Of a stretch of 64,000 nucleotides of DNA, positions 48,766-58,168 are shown in pieces. The stretch is taken from assembly GCA_043811535.1 (NCBI GenBank), contig JBDRNC010000021.1, positions 77,668-141,667 on the forward strand, in the 5' to 3' direction. This stretch comes from Elusimicrobiota bacterium. GTDB lineage: Bacteria > Elusimicrobiota > Endomicrobiia > Endomicrobiales > JBDRNC01. The notes under the pieces were generated by a model. That model was not told the origin of the DNA. It worked only from the letters and a program-made list of their open reading frames with translations, and did no database searches. Position 1 is the stretch's first letter. Every line of letters begins with the position of its first letter. The translations under genes and the position numbers were made by a program.

Positions 48766-50073
48766 TTATTTCGTTTCTATTGCAGCAGTAGCGGGGGGCT
48801 CAAGTATTTCCGGTGAGAGTGGATTTTGGCCGGCCTCGGTAGCGCCGGGAGCGAGTGTTTCAGAGGAGACCTGTATATCGGATCCGGGAATTCTTCTGTT
48901 CATTAGTTCATTTATGTTTTCAGATTTATCGTAAATATCCGAGAAATCTTTTCCCTTCAGAGCTGAACGCGTGTAAACGCAGCGCGGATTCCACAAGAGC
49001 CAGTCGCCAATGTCATTATCATAGCAGGCTTGTATCTGAGCCCTGACCTCTTCCTTGCCGTATTTGTAGCCCATCGAAAAATCCTGCAGGTAAGGCCTGA
49101 GTTTCACTGCGTAAGCGCCCATTCTGTTTTTTGCGCCTTCCGCGGCAAGGAATACAGTTTGATACGGTGCTGAGTTCGGATCAGGGATGCCGTACTCGCC
49201 TTTGTAATAATGGGATGGATATACCATCGGGCTCACATAATCCACCCATTCGGCCATTTCAACTATTCTCTGGCCTATGCCCATGTCGCTAAGAGAGGTT
49301 GTTGTCAGGCCGAATACATCTATTGAAATATTCACGCCCTTTGGTTTAAGACGCCGGTTCGCTTCCCGCAGGAATCCGGAAAGCGCGGACACAGCTGAAG
49401 TAGTGGAATGGGATTGACCGTACCGGCATGTTCGTATATTTCCATCCGAAGGGAAGCGTATATAGTCAAACTGTATCTCATCAAACCCAAGGTCAACGGC
49501 GGTTTCCGCAATAGAAATATTATAATCCCAGCCGTCTTTGTTATAAGGATCCAGCCATGTATTGCCCCTGTAATCCGTCCAAACAGTGCCGGACGCGTCC
49601 CTAACGGCGAGTTCCGGTTTTATTTTCGGGATAAGATTATCCTTGAAGACGACCATGCGGGCTATAGTATAGATTCCTCTGCTTTTTAGGTTGACAAGGT
49701 ATTTCCTTATGCCGGGAATGGCGGGCACGTATGTCTTGTTTTTCACAGTGGCTTTATTGCCGGGTATATAAACTTCGCCTTCATATTCTTTTATATCGAT
49801 TACGACCGCGTTTAATTCTGTTTCGTCCAGAAGCGCATCTATTGGAGCGAGTATCTTAGGCGAGCCAGTTACCCATGCCGTAAGATGAATACCACGCACG
49901 TATTTCGGCCTTGCTGGAGACGATTTTTGTGGAACATCTTGTTTTTCGTCGCCGCTCCAGAGGAAGAATGATTCACATCTGGTCAGAAGGAAAAGGACGG
50001 ACAGTATAATAAGGAATGCCGACGGTATTATCAGCAGTCTGTTCTGCTTGAAAAATAAAAGGTTTCTTGACAT
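48766..50073 (-). CDS. Putative glycoside hydrolase (DUF4015-like TIM barrel)
   Basis: VRGIHLT, TELNAVVIDIK, IARMVVFKD, WLDPY, GFDEIQFDYIRFP, VSPMVYPSHY, RPYLQDF. Start moved to ATG 50073 because the upstream ORF extension is repeat-derived. Confidence 0.85.
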   Translation of the reverse strand: MSRNLLFFKQNRLLIIPSAFLIILSVLFLLTRCESFFLWSGDEKQDVPQKSSPARPKYVRGIHLTAWVTGSPKILAPIDALLDETELNAVVIDIKEYEGEVYIPGNKATVKNKTYVPAIPGIRKYLVNLKSRGIYTIARMVVFKDNLIPKIKPELAVRDASGTVWTDYRGNTWLDPYNKDGWDYNISIAETAVDLGFDEIQFDYIRFPSDGNIRTCRYGQSHSTTSAVSALSGFLREANRRLKPKGVNISIDVFGLTTTSLSDMGIGQRIVEMAEWVDYVSPMVYPSHYYKGEYGIPDPNSAPYQTVFLAAEGAKNRMGAYAVKLRPYLQDFSMGYKYGKEEVRAQIQACYDNDIGDWLLWNPRCVYTRSALKGKDFSDIYDKSENINELMNRRIPGSDIQVSSETLAPGATEAGQNPLSPEILEPPATAAIETK

Positions 50074-50276
50074 ATTGAGCAAGTATTGTATCAAAACTGG
50101 GGGATTTGTCAAGGGGATGAACGGCAACGCCGTGTAATGTTGAATGTGTAATGTGTGATGAATGCAACAATAGTTTTCATTACACATCAAACATAACGCA
50201 TTACACATTTTATTGCGGTATGTTGACAAGAAGCGGAATATATTATATATATCCTCATGCAAGGGGAGGCAAAACA

Positions 50277-51164
50277 ATGAATATCCGCATATTTACTCCG
50301 GTTGTCGCATTTATGATTGCGTGCGCCGCGCCCGTTATCGCGCGCGCGGCTTTCATTTCTTCAACATTCGGCGAAGTTTCGGTTGATAATCTTCAACCGG
50401 GCAGAAGATACAGCATAGTCAAGCTGGCTAACTTCCCCTACAATATAACAAACAAGGGTAAGATGCCCGTCACGTTGGCCATAGACGTAATAAAACCGGA
50501 AGAGAATCAAGTCAAACTTGGATACGAAGTCATATCCGACACGTCATGGGTAAAATTGGAATACAGCAAGATTATTTTGAATCCGAACGAAAAAAAGACA
50601 GTAGACGTATATATAAGCGTCCCGGATGAAGAAAAGAATCTCGGTCGGAAATTTGAAGTTGACATTTGGGCGCATACGATTGAAAAGGTCGAGGGCCTTC
50701 CTGTGGCTGTCGGCCTGCAGAGTAAACTGCTGCTTGCAACCGCCAAGTTCAATGAAAGCGTCCAGAGGCAGCCGGGATTCTGGATTGAACCGGATAAAGC
50801 CATCATTAAAGGATTATCTCCGGGTGAAAGGGCTGATATTGTAAGAGTGGCCGGTAAAATACTGAGAGTGACAAATGAATATGAAGAAACAGTGGAATTT
50901 AACGCGGAAACGGTTTTTAAGGGTTTCCCGAAAGAATCAGAGGACCGGAAATTCAAGACGGACCGGAAGCTGTCTGTGGAACTGAGCGAAACCGTATTTA
51001 CGCTTAAACCATTTGAAAGCAAGGACATAAAGATTGCGGCTGTAATACCTCCCGGGAAGAAATATTACGATAAAAATTTTATTTCAGTCATAAAAATATC
51101 GGCGCGAGGCAAAAAGAGCACGGCGAAATACTTAAAACTCTATTTGTCCACGAAAAAGAAATGA
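50277..51164 (+). CDS. Exported protein with two Ig-like (PapD/DUF916-like) domains
   Basis: Start after GGGGAGG; signal peptide ending ARA; two repeats of the (I/V)TN...L.P.E.K.(V/I) pattern. Confidence 0.65.
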   Translation: MNIRIFTPVVAFMIACAAPVIARAAFISSTFGEVSVDNLQPGRRYSIVKLANFPYNITNKGKMPVTLAIDVIKPEENQVKLGYEVISDTSWVKLEYSKIILNPNEKKTVDVYISVPDEEKNLGRKFEVDIWAHTIEKVEGLPVAVGLQSKLLLATAKFNESVQRQPGFWIEPDKAIIKGLSPGERADIVRVAGKILRVTNEYEETVEFNAETVFKGFPKESEDRKFKTDRKLSVELSETVFTLKPFESKDIKIAAVIPPGKKYYDKNFISVIKISARGKKSTAKYLKLYLSTKKK

Positions 51165-51239
51165 GATGCCCCTGGATTTATAACCGCGGTAAACCTGCGT
51201 AATAAATGTAATTTGAGAGAAAATATTTTCCCGTTATGC

Positions 51240-51268
51240 TTGACAAACAGGTAATTATATAATATATT
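51240..51268 (+). promoter_or_regulatory. Sigma70 promoter
   Basis: TTGACA, 17 nt, TATATT. Confidence 0.55.
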
Positions 51269-51273
51269 CATAT

Positions 51274-51592
51274 TGTTAACAGTTACATCACGACGTCCCA
51301 CCATGGCAGGACTTCGGTTGTATCGGATAACAAAAGAACATACAATTCGCGAAAATGTGCCCTGACAGTGTGCTGCCGCTGTCGCAGGGACAAAAACACA
51401 GCTCACAATTGATCTATCGAATGCAGTATGGTAGGCCGAAGAATACAGCACAAAGCTATAATCTTCGGCTTTTTTTATTTTCTAAAATGTAAACATTTAC
51501 ATATGGAATCATGTTTGGTTTCAGAAAACACGTTCTTTTAAATATAGTATTATAAATTCATATATTTTTGCTAAATCATGTAAACAATTACA
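51274..51592. promoter_or_regulatory. Three 14-bp palindromic operator-like sites TGTWAACANTTACA
   Basis: TGTTAACAGTTACA 51274-51287, TGTAAACATTTACA 51488-51501, TGTAAACAATTACA 51579-51592. Confidence 0.55.
51434..51480 (+). terminator. Intrinsic terminator within the leader of the 51699 gene
   Basis: GCCGAAGA...TCTTCGGC stem followed by TTTTTTTATTT. Confidence 0.65.
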
Positions 51593-51698
51593 TTAATGGA
51601 GGTGATAGTATATAAGAAAAGGCTTATTATCTGTATTCAGTTTGGAAGTGGCCCGGATTTAAACCTGACGGCCAAATAACGCAAGGAGGATAGTATTT

Positions 51699-53279
51699 AT
51701 GAAAAAAAGTCTCTTAACAGCAGTATGTCTGATTCTTTCAGGCCTTTTATTTGCAGTTCCGGCTTTCGCGGCGCAGACAATCGCGGATTTTGAAAGCGGC
51801 AACGTGACGCCTAATAATATGGGCGGCAACGTTGGTATGATGTCAGGCGACGGCGCGCACGATACGGTAGCGACTATAGTGACGACGCCCGTTCAGCAGG
51901 GAACAAACGCCCTGAGCTTAGCCTACACCAACACCGCGGACAGCACGTGGTCGGGCATGTATCAGTTCATGAGCGCGACAAGCGGCGGTTACTTTGACGC
52001 GAGCACCTATGAAACCCTGAAAGTATGGGTAAGAGGAGCAATCGGAGGAGAAACATTCACAATAGAAATGCAGGACGGCAGCATTAACGCGGCGGTCACG
52101 CTGGCTTCAATAAGCGGTTTTTCAGGCGGGCTTACAACGGGTTGGCAGGAACTGTCCATACCCCTAACAAACTTCACCGGCTTGAACAGAGCGCACATAA
52201 CCCAGATGAACATTGTATTCTCAACGCTCGGAACAGGCACTGTATACATTGATGACGCGCGTTTCGTGGAAGCGGTATCGGGCGGCGGAGGAAGCTCTTC
52301 AAGCCTGACACTGGCGGATTATGAAAGCGGCGTGTTTTCACCGAATAACCTGGGCGGCACGGATGGAACGATGTCAGGCGACGGCGCGCACGACCCGGTT
52401 GCGACAATAACGACGACGAATCCGCAGGAAGGGATAAACGCCCTTAGTTTGGTCTACACAAACACCGCGGACAGCACGTGGTCAGGCATATACCAGTTCA
52501 TGAGCGCAACAAGCGGCGGGTACCTGGATGCGAGCTCTTATGATACGGTTAAAATATGGGTAAGAGGCGCGAGCGGCGGAGAAACATTCGATATAGAAAT
52601 GCAGGACGGCAGCATAAATGCGGCAGTCTCGCTGACTTCGATATCCGGTTTTTCGGGCGGGCTTACAACGGGGTGGCAGGAAGTCTCAATACCTCTTTCC
52701 AACTTCACCGGCCTGAATGTGGCGCATGTAACGCAGATGAACATTGTTTTTAAGGCTCTCGGGACAGGCACGGTATACTTTGACAATTCCCGTTTCACCG
52801 GCCCCGAAACACCCACAAGCGACGGTTCGACAAGCGTAACAGTCACAGTCAAGAATTACACGGTGTCTGTTGAAGTCACGGGAACCGTTAACATCGGCCA
52901 GCTGATCGTAGGAACGACTGGTTATTCTCCTGCGGCGGTCACGGTCAGGAACAACGGCAACGTAACGGAAAGCTTCTGGCTTTCGCTCACCAATCCCAGC
53001 GGCTGGACCAGCGCGTCGACTCAGGGAAACAATCAGTTCGTCCTGATGGGCGCGTTTGACACGGCGGGCGGGTCTTCATTCGCATGGAGCAACGTCGAAC
53101 ATGTACTTACGACAACTCCCGCAAAGAGCAGCGAAACGCGTTTCGCTGGCAGCGAGACGGGACTGGGAGTGGAAATAGACACGACCAGAAACCTTTGGTT
53201 CGCGTTTGCCGCTCCTACGCAGACAAGCGTGGAAACAGCGCAGGTCATACCGGTTACTATAACGGCATCAATTGAGTAA
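51699..53279 (+). CDS. Exported protein with two tandem galactose-binding-like (CBM11/CIA30-like) domains and a C-terminal WxL/TasA-like beta domain
   Basis: Signal peptide ending AFA; duplicated ADFESG...WVRGA.GGETF.IE...TTGWQE.SIPL.NF...GTVY.D domain; C-terminal AVTVRNNGNVTESFWLSL. Confidence 0.75.
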   Translation: MKKSLLTAVCLILSGLLFAVPAFAAQTIADFESGNVTPNNMGGNVGMMSGDGAHDTVATIVTTPVQQGTNALSLAYTNTADSTWSGMYQFMSATSGGYFDASTYETLKVWVRGAIGGETFTIEMQDGSINAAVTLASISGFSGGLTTGWQELSIPLTNFTGLNRAHITQMNIVFSTLGTGTVYIDDARFVEAVSGGGGSSSSLTLADYESGVFSPNNLGGTDGTMSGDGAHDPVATITTTNPQEGINALSLVYTNTADSTWSGIYQFMSATSGGYLDASSYDTVKIWVRGASGGETFDIEMQDGSINAAVSLTSISGFSGGLTTGWQEVSIPLSNFTGLNVAHVTQMNIVFKALGTGTVYFDNSRFTGPETPTSDGSTSVTVTVKNYTVSVEVTGTVNIGQLIVGTTGYSPAAVTVRNNGNVTESFWLSLTNPSGWTSASTQGNNQFVLMGAFDTAGGSSFAWSNVEHVLTTTPAKSSETRFAGSETGLGVEIDTTRNLWFAFAAPTQTSVETAQVIPVTITASIE

Positions 53280-53294
53280 TAAGGATTAAACGCT

Positions 53295-53331
53295 CGGGGG
53301 AGATACCGGGGATTTCCCGGTATCTCCCCCG
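53295..53331. other. GC-rich intergenic stem-loop without U-tract
   Basis: CGGGGGAGATACCGGG-GATTT-CCCGGTATCTCCCCCG. Confidence 0.7.
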
Positions 53332-53345
53332 CAAGCAGCTTTTCG

Positions 53346-54860
53346 ATGAAAAAAATATCAGCATCCATCGTTTTATCCATAATGATAATGCAGGCGGCCG
53401 CGCTTAACTCGGCGCCGCCCAGCACGATGGGGCTTACTGCGTCCAGCAGCTTCATTGAGTTTGTGAACGGGGTGCCTGTAAAGCAGTCCACGTCCCTAGG
53501 TTCGCTTTCGTTGAAGAATACGGGGACCATGCAGCTGAAAGTCAGGCTCGACGCTCTCAAACCCGAACCCGGAGATGTGCCGCCGGGATACCAGCCGCTA
53601 AGCGAGTTGTCCTGGGTATCATTTTCCAAGAACGAATTTTACCTTAATCCCGGAGAAAAGACATCAGTCGGATTGCGGGTGAAACCCGCTTACGGCGGAG
53701 GCAAATACAAGGCGTATATCTGGAGCCATACTATAAACGACGGGGCAACGCAGATAGGCACGATACTACCGCTGACCTTTTCCGTGCAGCCGGGCAGCGT
53801 TAAAGCTACAGGCACGAATTTCTTCTTTCCGCCTTCAAAAATCGGGGTAAGAGGCAATAAATTCGTTGTGAAACTTGAGATTTATTCCGACGGAGACTTG
53901 GAATGCGCCCTTTATTACAGAAAGATAGGAGCCAGTTCCTATAACAAAGTTTCCATGCCCGTGACGTCTGAATCCGAGGGCATATATTTCTCAAAGGCGG
54001 AAATTCCGGCTTACCTTATTACGCCTCCCGGAATAGAGTATTACATTGAAATGATAACCGGCGGTACGACAAGCCTTATACCCGATACTGCTCCCTCGGT
54101 TCCGTTCAGGCTGGACGTTGACTGCAAAACGTGCGGAAAGGTACCGAAAAAAGGCGGAAAGCTTTCTGTGCCCGACGCCAATCCTGACGACGGGGAAACA
54201 AGTATTGATATCCCCCAGGGGGCCCTTCTAAATGATATAGACTTAACGATAAACCAGCTTGACAATGAGTTCGTGCCAAGAGGGTATAGCGGGCCGATGC
54301 TGACCACTTCGCCCGTCATGGCGTTCGAGTTTCTGCCGGAAGGCACCAGTTTCAGAAAACCGGCCAAGATGAGCATGCTATATTTTGACCAGGACGACGA
54401 CGGCAAGGTGGACGGCACGGAATTCAATGATTCCGACCTGAAACTTTTCTGGTGGGACGGATATGAATGGAGACTTGTGGGCGGCACGTTGGACAGGAAA
54501 AACAAGATCATATCGGTCAACGTTTCTCATTTCTCGCTTTACGCCCTTTTTCCTGTCGGGCCCCTTTCCGCTGATGATTACCGTCCTAAAGAAAAGATTA
54601 TCACCCCGGCCTACCGCGACGGCGTCAACGATTTTGCGGCTTTTGGGAACCTTTCAGGAAGCGATTTTGAGATAAACATATACGACATAACAGGCAGGCT
54701 TGTAAGGCAATTATCCGATGACAGTTTCTGCGGGCCGAACTGGGACGGAACCGACGAATATAATAACGTCGTGGAAAGCGGAATATATATCTATCAGTTC
54801 AAGGCGGATATTAATGGTTCGATGAAACTGGTAAGCGGCACGATAGCGGTAGCCAAATAA
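53346..54860 (+). CDS. Exported protein with Ig-like, ZU5-like and gliding-motility/T9SS type B-like C-terminal domains
   Basis: SIDIPQGAL..FEFLPEGTSFRKP..HFSLYALF; C-terminus IITPAYRDGVND..INIYDITGRLVRQL..WDGTD..VESGIYIYQF..GTIAVAK*. Confidence 0.75.
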   Translation: MKKISASIVLSIMIMQAAALNSAPPSTMGLTASSSFIEFVNGVPVKQSTSLGSLSLKNTGTMQLKVRLDALKPEPGDVPPGYQPLSELSWVSFSKNEFYLNPGEKTSVGLRVKPAYGGGKYKAYIWSHTINDGATQIGTILPLTFSVQPGSVKATGTNFFFPPSKIGVRGNKFVVKLEIYSDGDLECALYYRKIGASSYNKVSMPVTSESEGIYFSKAEIPAYLITPPGIEYYIEMITGGTTSLIPDTAPSVPFRLDVDCKTCGKVPKKGGKLSVPDANPDDGETSIDIPQGALLNDIDLTINQLDNEFVPRGYSGPMLTTSPVMAFEFLPEGTSFRKPAKMSMLYFDQDDDGKVDGTEFNDSDLKLFWWDGYEWRLVGGTLDRKNKIISVNVSHFSLYALFPVGPLSADDYRPKEKIITPAYRDGVNDFAAFGNLSGSDFEINIYDITGRLVRQLSDDSFCGPNWDGTDEYNNVVESGIYIYQFKADINGSMKLVSGTIAVAK

Positions 54861-54902
54861 GACGGAAGAAGGAAGTGTGAAGTTGGAAGTATTCAAAAAC
54901 TC

Positions 54903-55934
54903 ATGAAGAAAAATATATTAAATCATCGCGTTCAAGGAATTTTGAAACTGGCGGCAGTGTTTCTGCTTCCGTCTTCCATCTTCCTTCTTCCGTCTACCGT
55001 CTGTGCCGCATTCAAGGACGGCGGGTGGGGCACTCGTCCGCTTGGAATGGGCGGGGCGTTTACGGCGCTCGCTGACGACGCGAATTCCCAGTTGTATAAC
55101 CCGGCGGGGATATGGCAGGTGGAGGATTTTGAAGCAACTTTCATGAACGCGAAGCTGTTCACTGGCCTTGACAGGGTGGATCTCGGGATGAATTATTTTT
55201 CAGCGGTCATGCCTGTCGATGACAAGGTCAGCGTGGGTATTTTGTGGGCGAATTTATATTCTCAGGACCAGTACAGGGAAGACACATTCGCCCTGTCAGG
55301 AGCTTTTTCCGTTACGAACAAGCTGAATGTGGGAGTAAATCTGAAAAATCTCAGCCACGCCTACACGCTGGATATCCGCACGGTAAACGACGCGGTTTTC
55401 GCGTCGGGCAACTCAAAATCGGCGTTTGCGCTGGACGGCGGCGCGCAATACACGGTTTTGGAAACAGAAAAGCGCCGGACAATCCTGGGGCTTGCAGTAA
55501 AAAACATGAACCAGCCTGATGTGGGGCTGAAAACAAAAGATACCGTGCCCGCGGAGATCCGCGCCGGGCTTGCCGCGGTTTTTCAGGGGAAAGTCATAGT
55601 GTCCCCGGCACTGGAAGTCAGCTACCGCAACCAGGAATGGGGAAGCGATTCGGACAAAATAAACGTGCATGCCGGATGTGAAACGGAATTTTTCAACAAG
55701 TTGTTCGCGGCGCGCGCCGGAGCTAATATGAACGAGATCACGATAGGTTTAGGCTACGCTCCGCGGATAGGTGGCGCCGAAACAAGGATAGATTATGCCT
55801 TTATCATACCGCTGGCAATTAAAGAGACCTCAGGTTCCCACAGAGTTTCACTTACGCTGCGTTTCCTGCCCCCGGCTTCAAAATTCGACCCGTTCGAACA
55901 GAGCGATAATCAGTCAGATGACATGCCCAAATAA
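54903..55934 (+). CDS. PorP/SprF- or PorV-like outer-membrane barrel
   Basis: GTRPLGMGGAFTALADDANSQLYNPAG; NMNQPDVG; IDYAFIIPL...GSHRVSLTLRF. Confidence 0.75.
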   Translation: MKKNILNHRVQGILKLAAVFLLPSSIFLLPSTVCAAFKDGGWGTRPLGMGGAFTALADDANSQLYNPAGIWQVEDFEATFMNAKLFTGLDRVDLGMNYFSAVMPVDDKVSVGILWANLYSQDQYREDTFALSGAFSVTNKLNVGVNLKNLSHAYTLDIRTVNDAVFASGNSKSAFALDGGAQYTVLETEKRRTILGLAVKNMNQPDVGLKTKDTVPAEIRAGLAAVFQGKVIVSPALEVSYRNQEWGSDSDKINVHAGCETEFFNKLFAARAGANMNEITIGLGYAPRIGGAETRIDYAFIIPLAIKETSGSHRVSLTLRFLPPASKFDPFEQSDNQSDDMPK

Positions 55935-56115
55935 CCTATCATTCCCGCTTTGACTTTACACTCAAAAATAGATAAAATTCCTTAAATACAGAACAGCCAA
56001 GCGGGATTGCTATTAATATGGCTAAATGGCCGTATTGCTATATGGCTGAACGTCTTTCAGCAATTTAGCCATTTAACAATTTAGCAATTCGTCGCATTGG
56101 AGAGGAGATTTTCCA

Positions 56116-57195
56116 TTGAGTTACAAAGGAGTTATTGAGCATTACCGGGAGTACCTGCCTGTAAGCCTTAAGACCCCTGTAATATCTTTACTTGAAGGGA
56201 ATACCCCGCTTATTGAAGCGAAAAACCTACCGTCAAAGATAGGTTTTACCGGGAAAATTTACCTTAAATATGAAGGGATGAATCCGACGGGATCGTTTAA
56301 GGACCGCGGTATGACCATGGCCGTTTCAAAGGCTGTCGAAGAAGGCAGCCGCGCCGTTATCTGCGCGTCCACCGGCAATACTTCGGCTTCGGCCGCGGCA
56401 TACGCCGCCAGGGCCGGGATAAGGTGTGTAGTGCTTATCCCGTCGGGCCACATAGCGCTCGGTAAGCTCTCGCAGGCCGTGATGCACGGCGCGCTCGTGC
56501 TGTCGGTAGAGGGCAACTTTGACATCGCGCTCCAACTGGTGATTGAACTGAGCAAGAATCATCCCCTTACCCTTGTCAATTCGCTCAATCCCTACAGGAT
56601 CGAGGGGCAGAAAACGGGGTCTTTTGAGATATGCGATGTTCTGGGGAATTCTCCGGATTTCCAATTCATGCCGGTAGGCAACGCAGGCAATATAACCGCG
56701 TACTGGAAAGGCTATAAGGAATATAACCAGAAATTCCCGAAAAAATTCGCGCTTCCGAAGATGATGGGTTTTCAGGCCTCCGGCTCGGCTCCGATCGTGA
56801 GAGGAAAGCCGGTGGAGAAGCCCGATACCATAGCGACCGCGATAAGAATAGGGAATCCCGCTTCGTGGAAAGCCGCTGAAGCAGCGCGTGACGAATCAGG
56901 CGGCGTCATAGATGAGGTCACCGATGACGAAATACTTGACGCGTATAAGCTTCTGGCATCGACCGAAGGTGTTTTTGTGGAACCAGCCTCCGCGGCCTCA
57001 ATTGCCGGTTTGATAAAATATGTAAAAAAAGACTTTTTTAGCTCACTTGCTCACTCGCTTACCCGCCCGATTTCTGTTGCCTGTATTTTAACAGGCCACG
57101 GGCTGAAGGATCCAGACAGGGCGATCGCCTGCGCGGTTAAGCCGATAGCCGTGAAACCCGATATAAAGGAAATCCTGAAAAAGATAGAATTATAA
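56116..57195 (+). CDS. thrC: Threonine synthase
   Basis: [17 protein letters not shown] (PLP Lys), [36 protein letters not shown] start after GAGGAG. Confidence 0.95.
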   Translation: MSYKGVIEHYREYLPVSLKTPVISLLEGNTPLIEAKNLPSKIGFTGKIYLKYEGMNPTGSFKDRGMTMAVSKAVEEGSRAVICASTGNTSASAAAYAARAGIRCVVLIPSGHIALGKLSQAVMHGALVLSVEGNFDIALQLVIELSKNHPLTLVNSLNPYRIEGQKTGSFEICDVLGNSPDFQFMPVGNAGNITAYWKGYKEYNQKFPKKFALPKMMGFQASGSAPIVRGKPVEKPDTIATAIRIGNPASWKAAEAARDESGGVIDEVTDDEILDAYKLLASTEGVFVEPASAASIAGLIKYVKKDFFSSLAHSLTRPISVACILTGHGLKDPDRAIACAVKPIAVKPDIKEILKKIEL

Positions 57196-57203
57196 AATCT
57201 ATT

Positions 57204-57578
57204 ATGAACGAACCTAAAAAGCGCGAGATCTGGGGAACTAAACTCGGAATAATATTGGCCGTTGCGGGAAGCGCCGTAGGGCTTGGGAATTTTCTGCGTT
57301 TCCCCGTGCAAGCCGCGCAGAATGGCGGCGGCGCTTTCATGATACCGTATTTCGTGGCGCTTCTCCTGTTGGGTATCCCATTGATGTGGATAGAATGGAC
57401 CGCCGGGCGTTTCGGCGGCGGTTTCGGGCACGGCACGGCTCGATGATGGAGGGGGGTGCCTGCCGATAACAAGCCTTTCGTGCCGCTGACACGGCTGATG
57501 CTTGCCGGAATGCTCATGCTGCTTGCAGTGCTCGTGAACGTGGCGTGGCACCACAGAAAAGGATTGGCGAAACATTGA
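57204..57578 (+). pseudogene. Neurotransmitter:sodium symporter (LeuT-like) remnant with large internal deletion
   Basis: N-terminal [43 protein letters not shown]...HGTA stops at TGA 57444-57446. The same frame continues with a last-TM-like fragment (LTRLMLAGMLMLLAVLVNVAWHHRK) to 57578. Confidence 0.75.
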
Positions 57579-57786
57579 AGCTCCGCGAAAGTAATTCGCG
57601 AATCATAAGATATTCACGGCAAGCTGAAATCCGCCGAAGTAGCGGATTATGTAATGTAATATAATTCCGTAAAAATTAGCGAAGGTGGATTAATATACGC
57701 GTATAAACACACAGATAGCCGCTGATAAATATTTGAGAGCATCTGGTAGTTAAATCTGCGATAATCTGCGTATAAAGGAGTCAGCA

Positions 57787-58086
57787 ATGGAAGAAGCAAA
57801 GAAACCGGAAATCCAGATAGAGATCGACGATAGTACAGCACAAGGCGTTTATGTGAATCTGGCGATGATAGGCCATTCGGAAAACGAATTCATTATTGAT
57901 TTCATTTTCATGCAGCCGCAGAATCCCAAGGCAAAAGTCCGCAGCCGTATAATTACGTCGGCGGGCCATGCCAAGAGGCTGCTTGCGGCGCTTCAGGACA
58001 ACATAAAGAAATTCGAGTCCAGATTCGGGGAAATAAAGGTGGCTCCCCAGCTCGGAGACGACAAAAAAATAGGCTTTTACAATTGA
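57787..58086 (+). CDS. DUF3467-like protein
   Basis: AQGVYVNLAMIGHSENEFIIDF...KVRSRII..HAKRLL..LQDNI..FGEI. Confidence 0.85.
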   Translation: MEEAKKPEIQIEIDDSTAQGVYVNLAMIGHSENEFIIDFIFMQPQNPKAKVRSRIITSAGHAKRLLAALQDNIKKFESRFGEIKVAPQLGDDKKIGFYN

Positions 58087-58168
58087 AATTACGAAGTAAT
58101 TTCATCCAGAGCCCGAATTCATTCGGGCGAAGGATCTCACACTTCGGCGATATAGGATTAAATCATTT

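Noticed and set aside
50074..50276. N-terminal extensions of ORFs 48766..50277(-) and 50151..51164(+)
   Set aside because: They run through a heptamer inverted array and divergent promoters. Better starts are 50073 (-) and 50277 (+).
51640..51682. Riboswitch just upstream of the 51699 RBS (GGCC...GGCC hairpin)
   Set aside because: I could not match it to any known aptamer consensus by eye; evidence is too thin.
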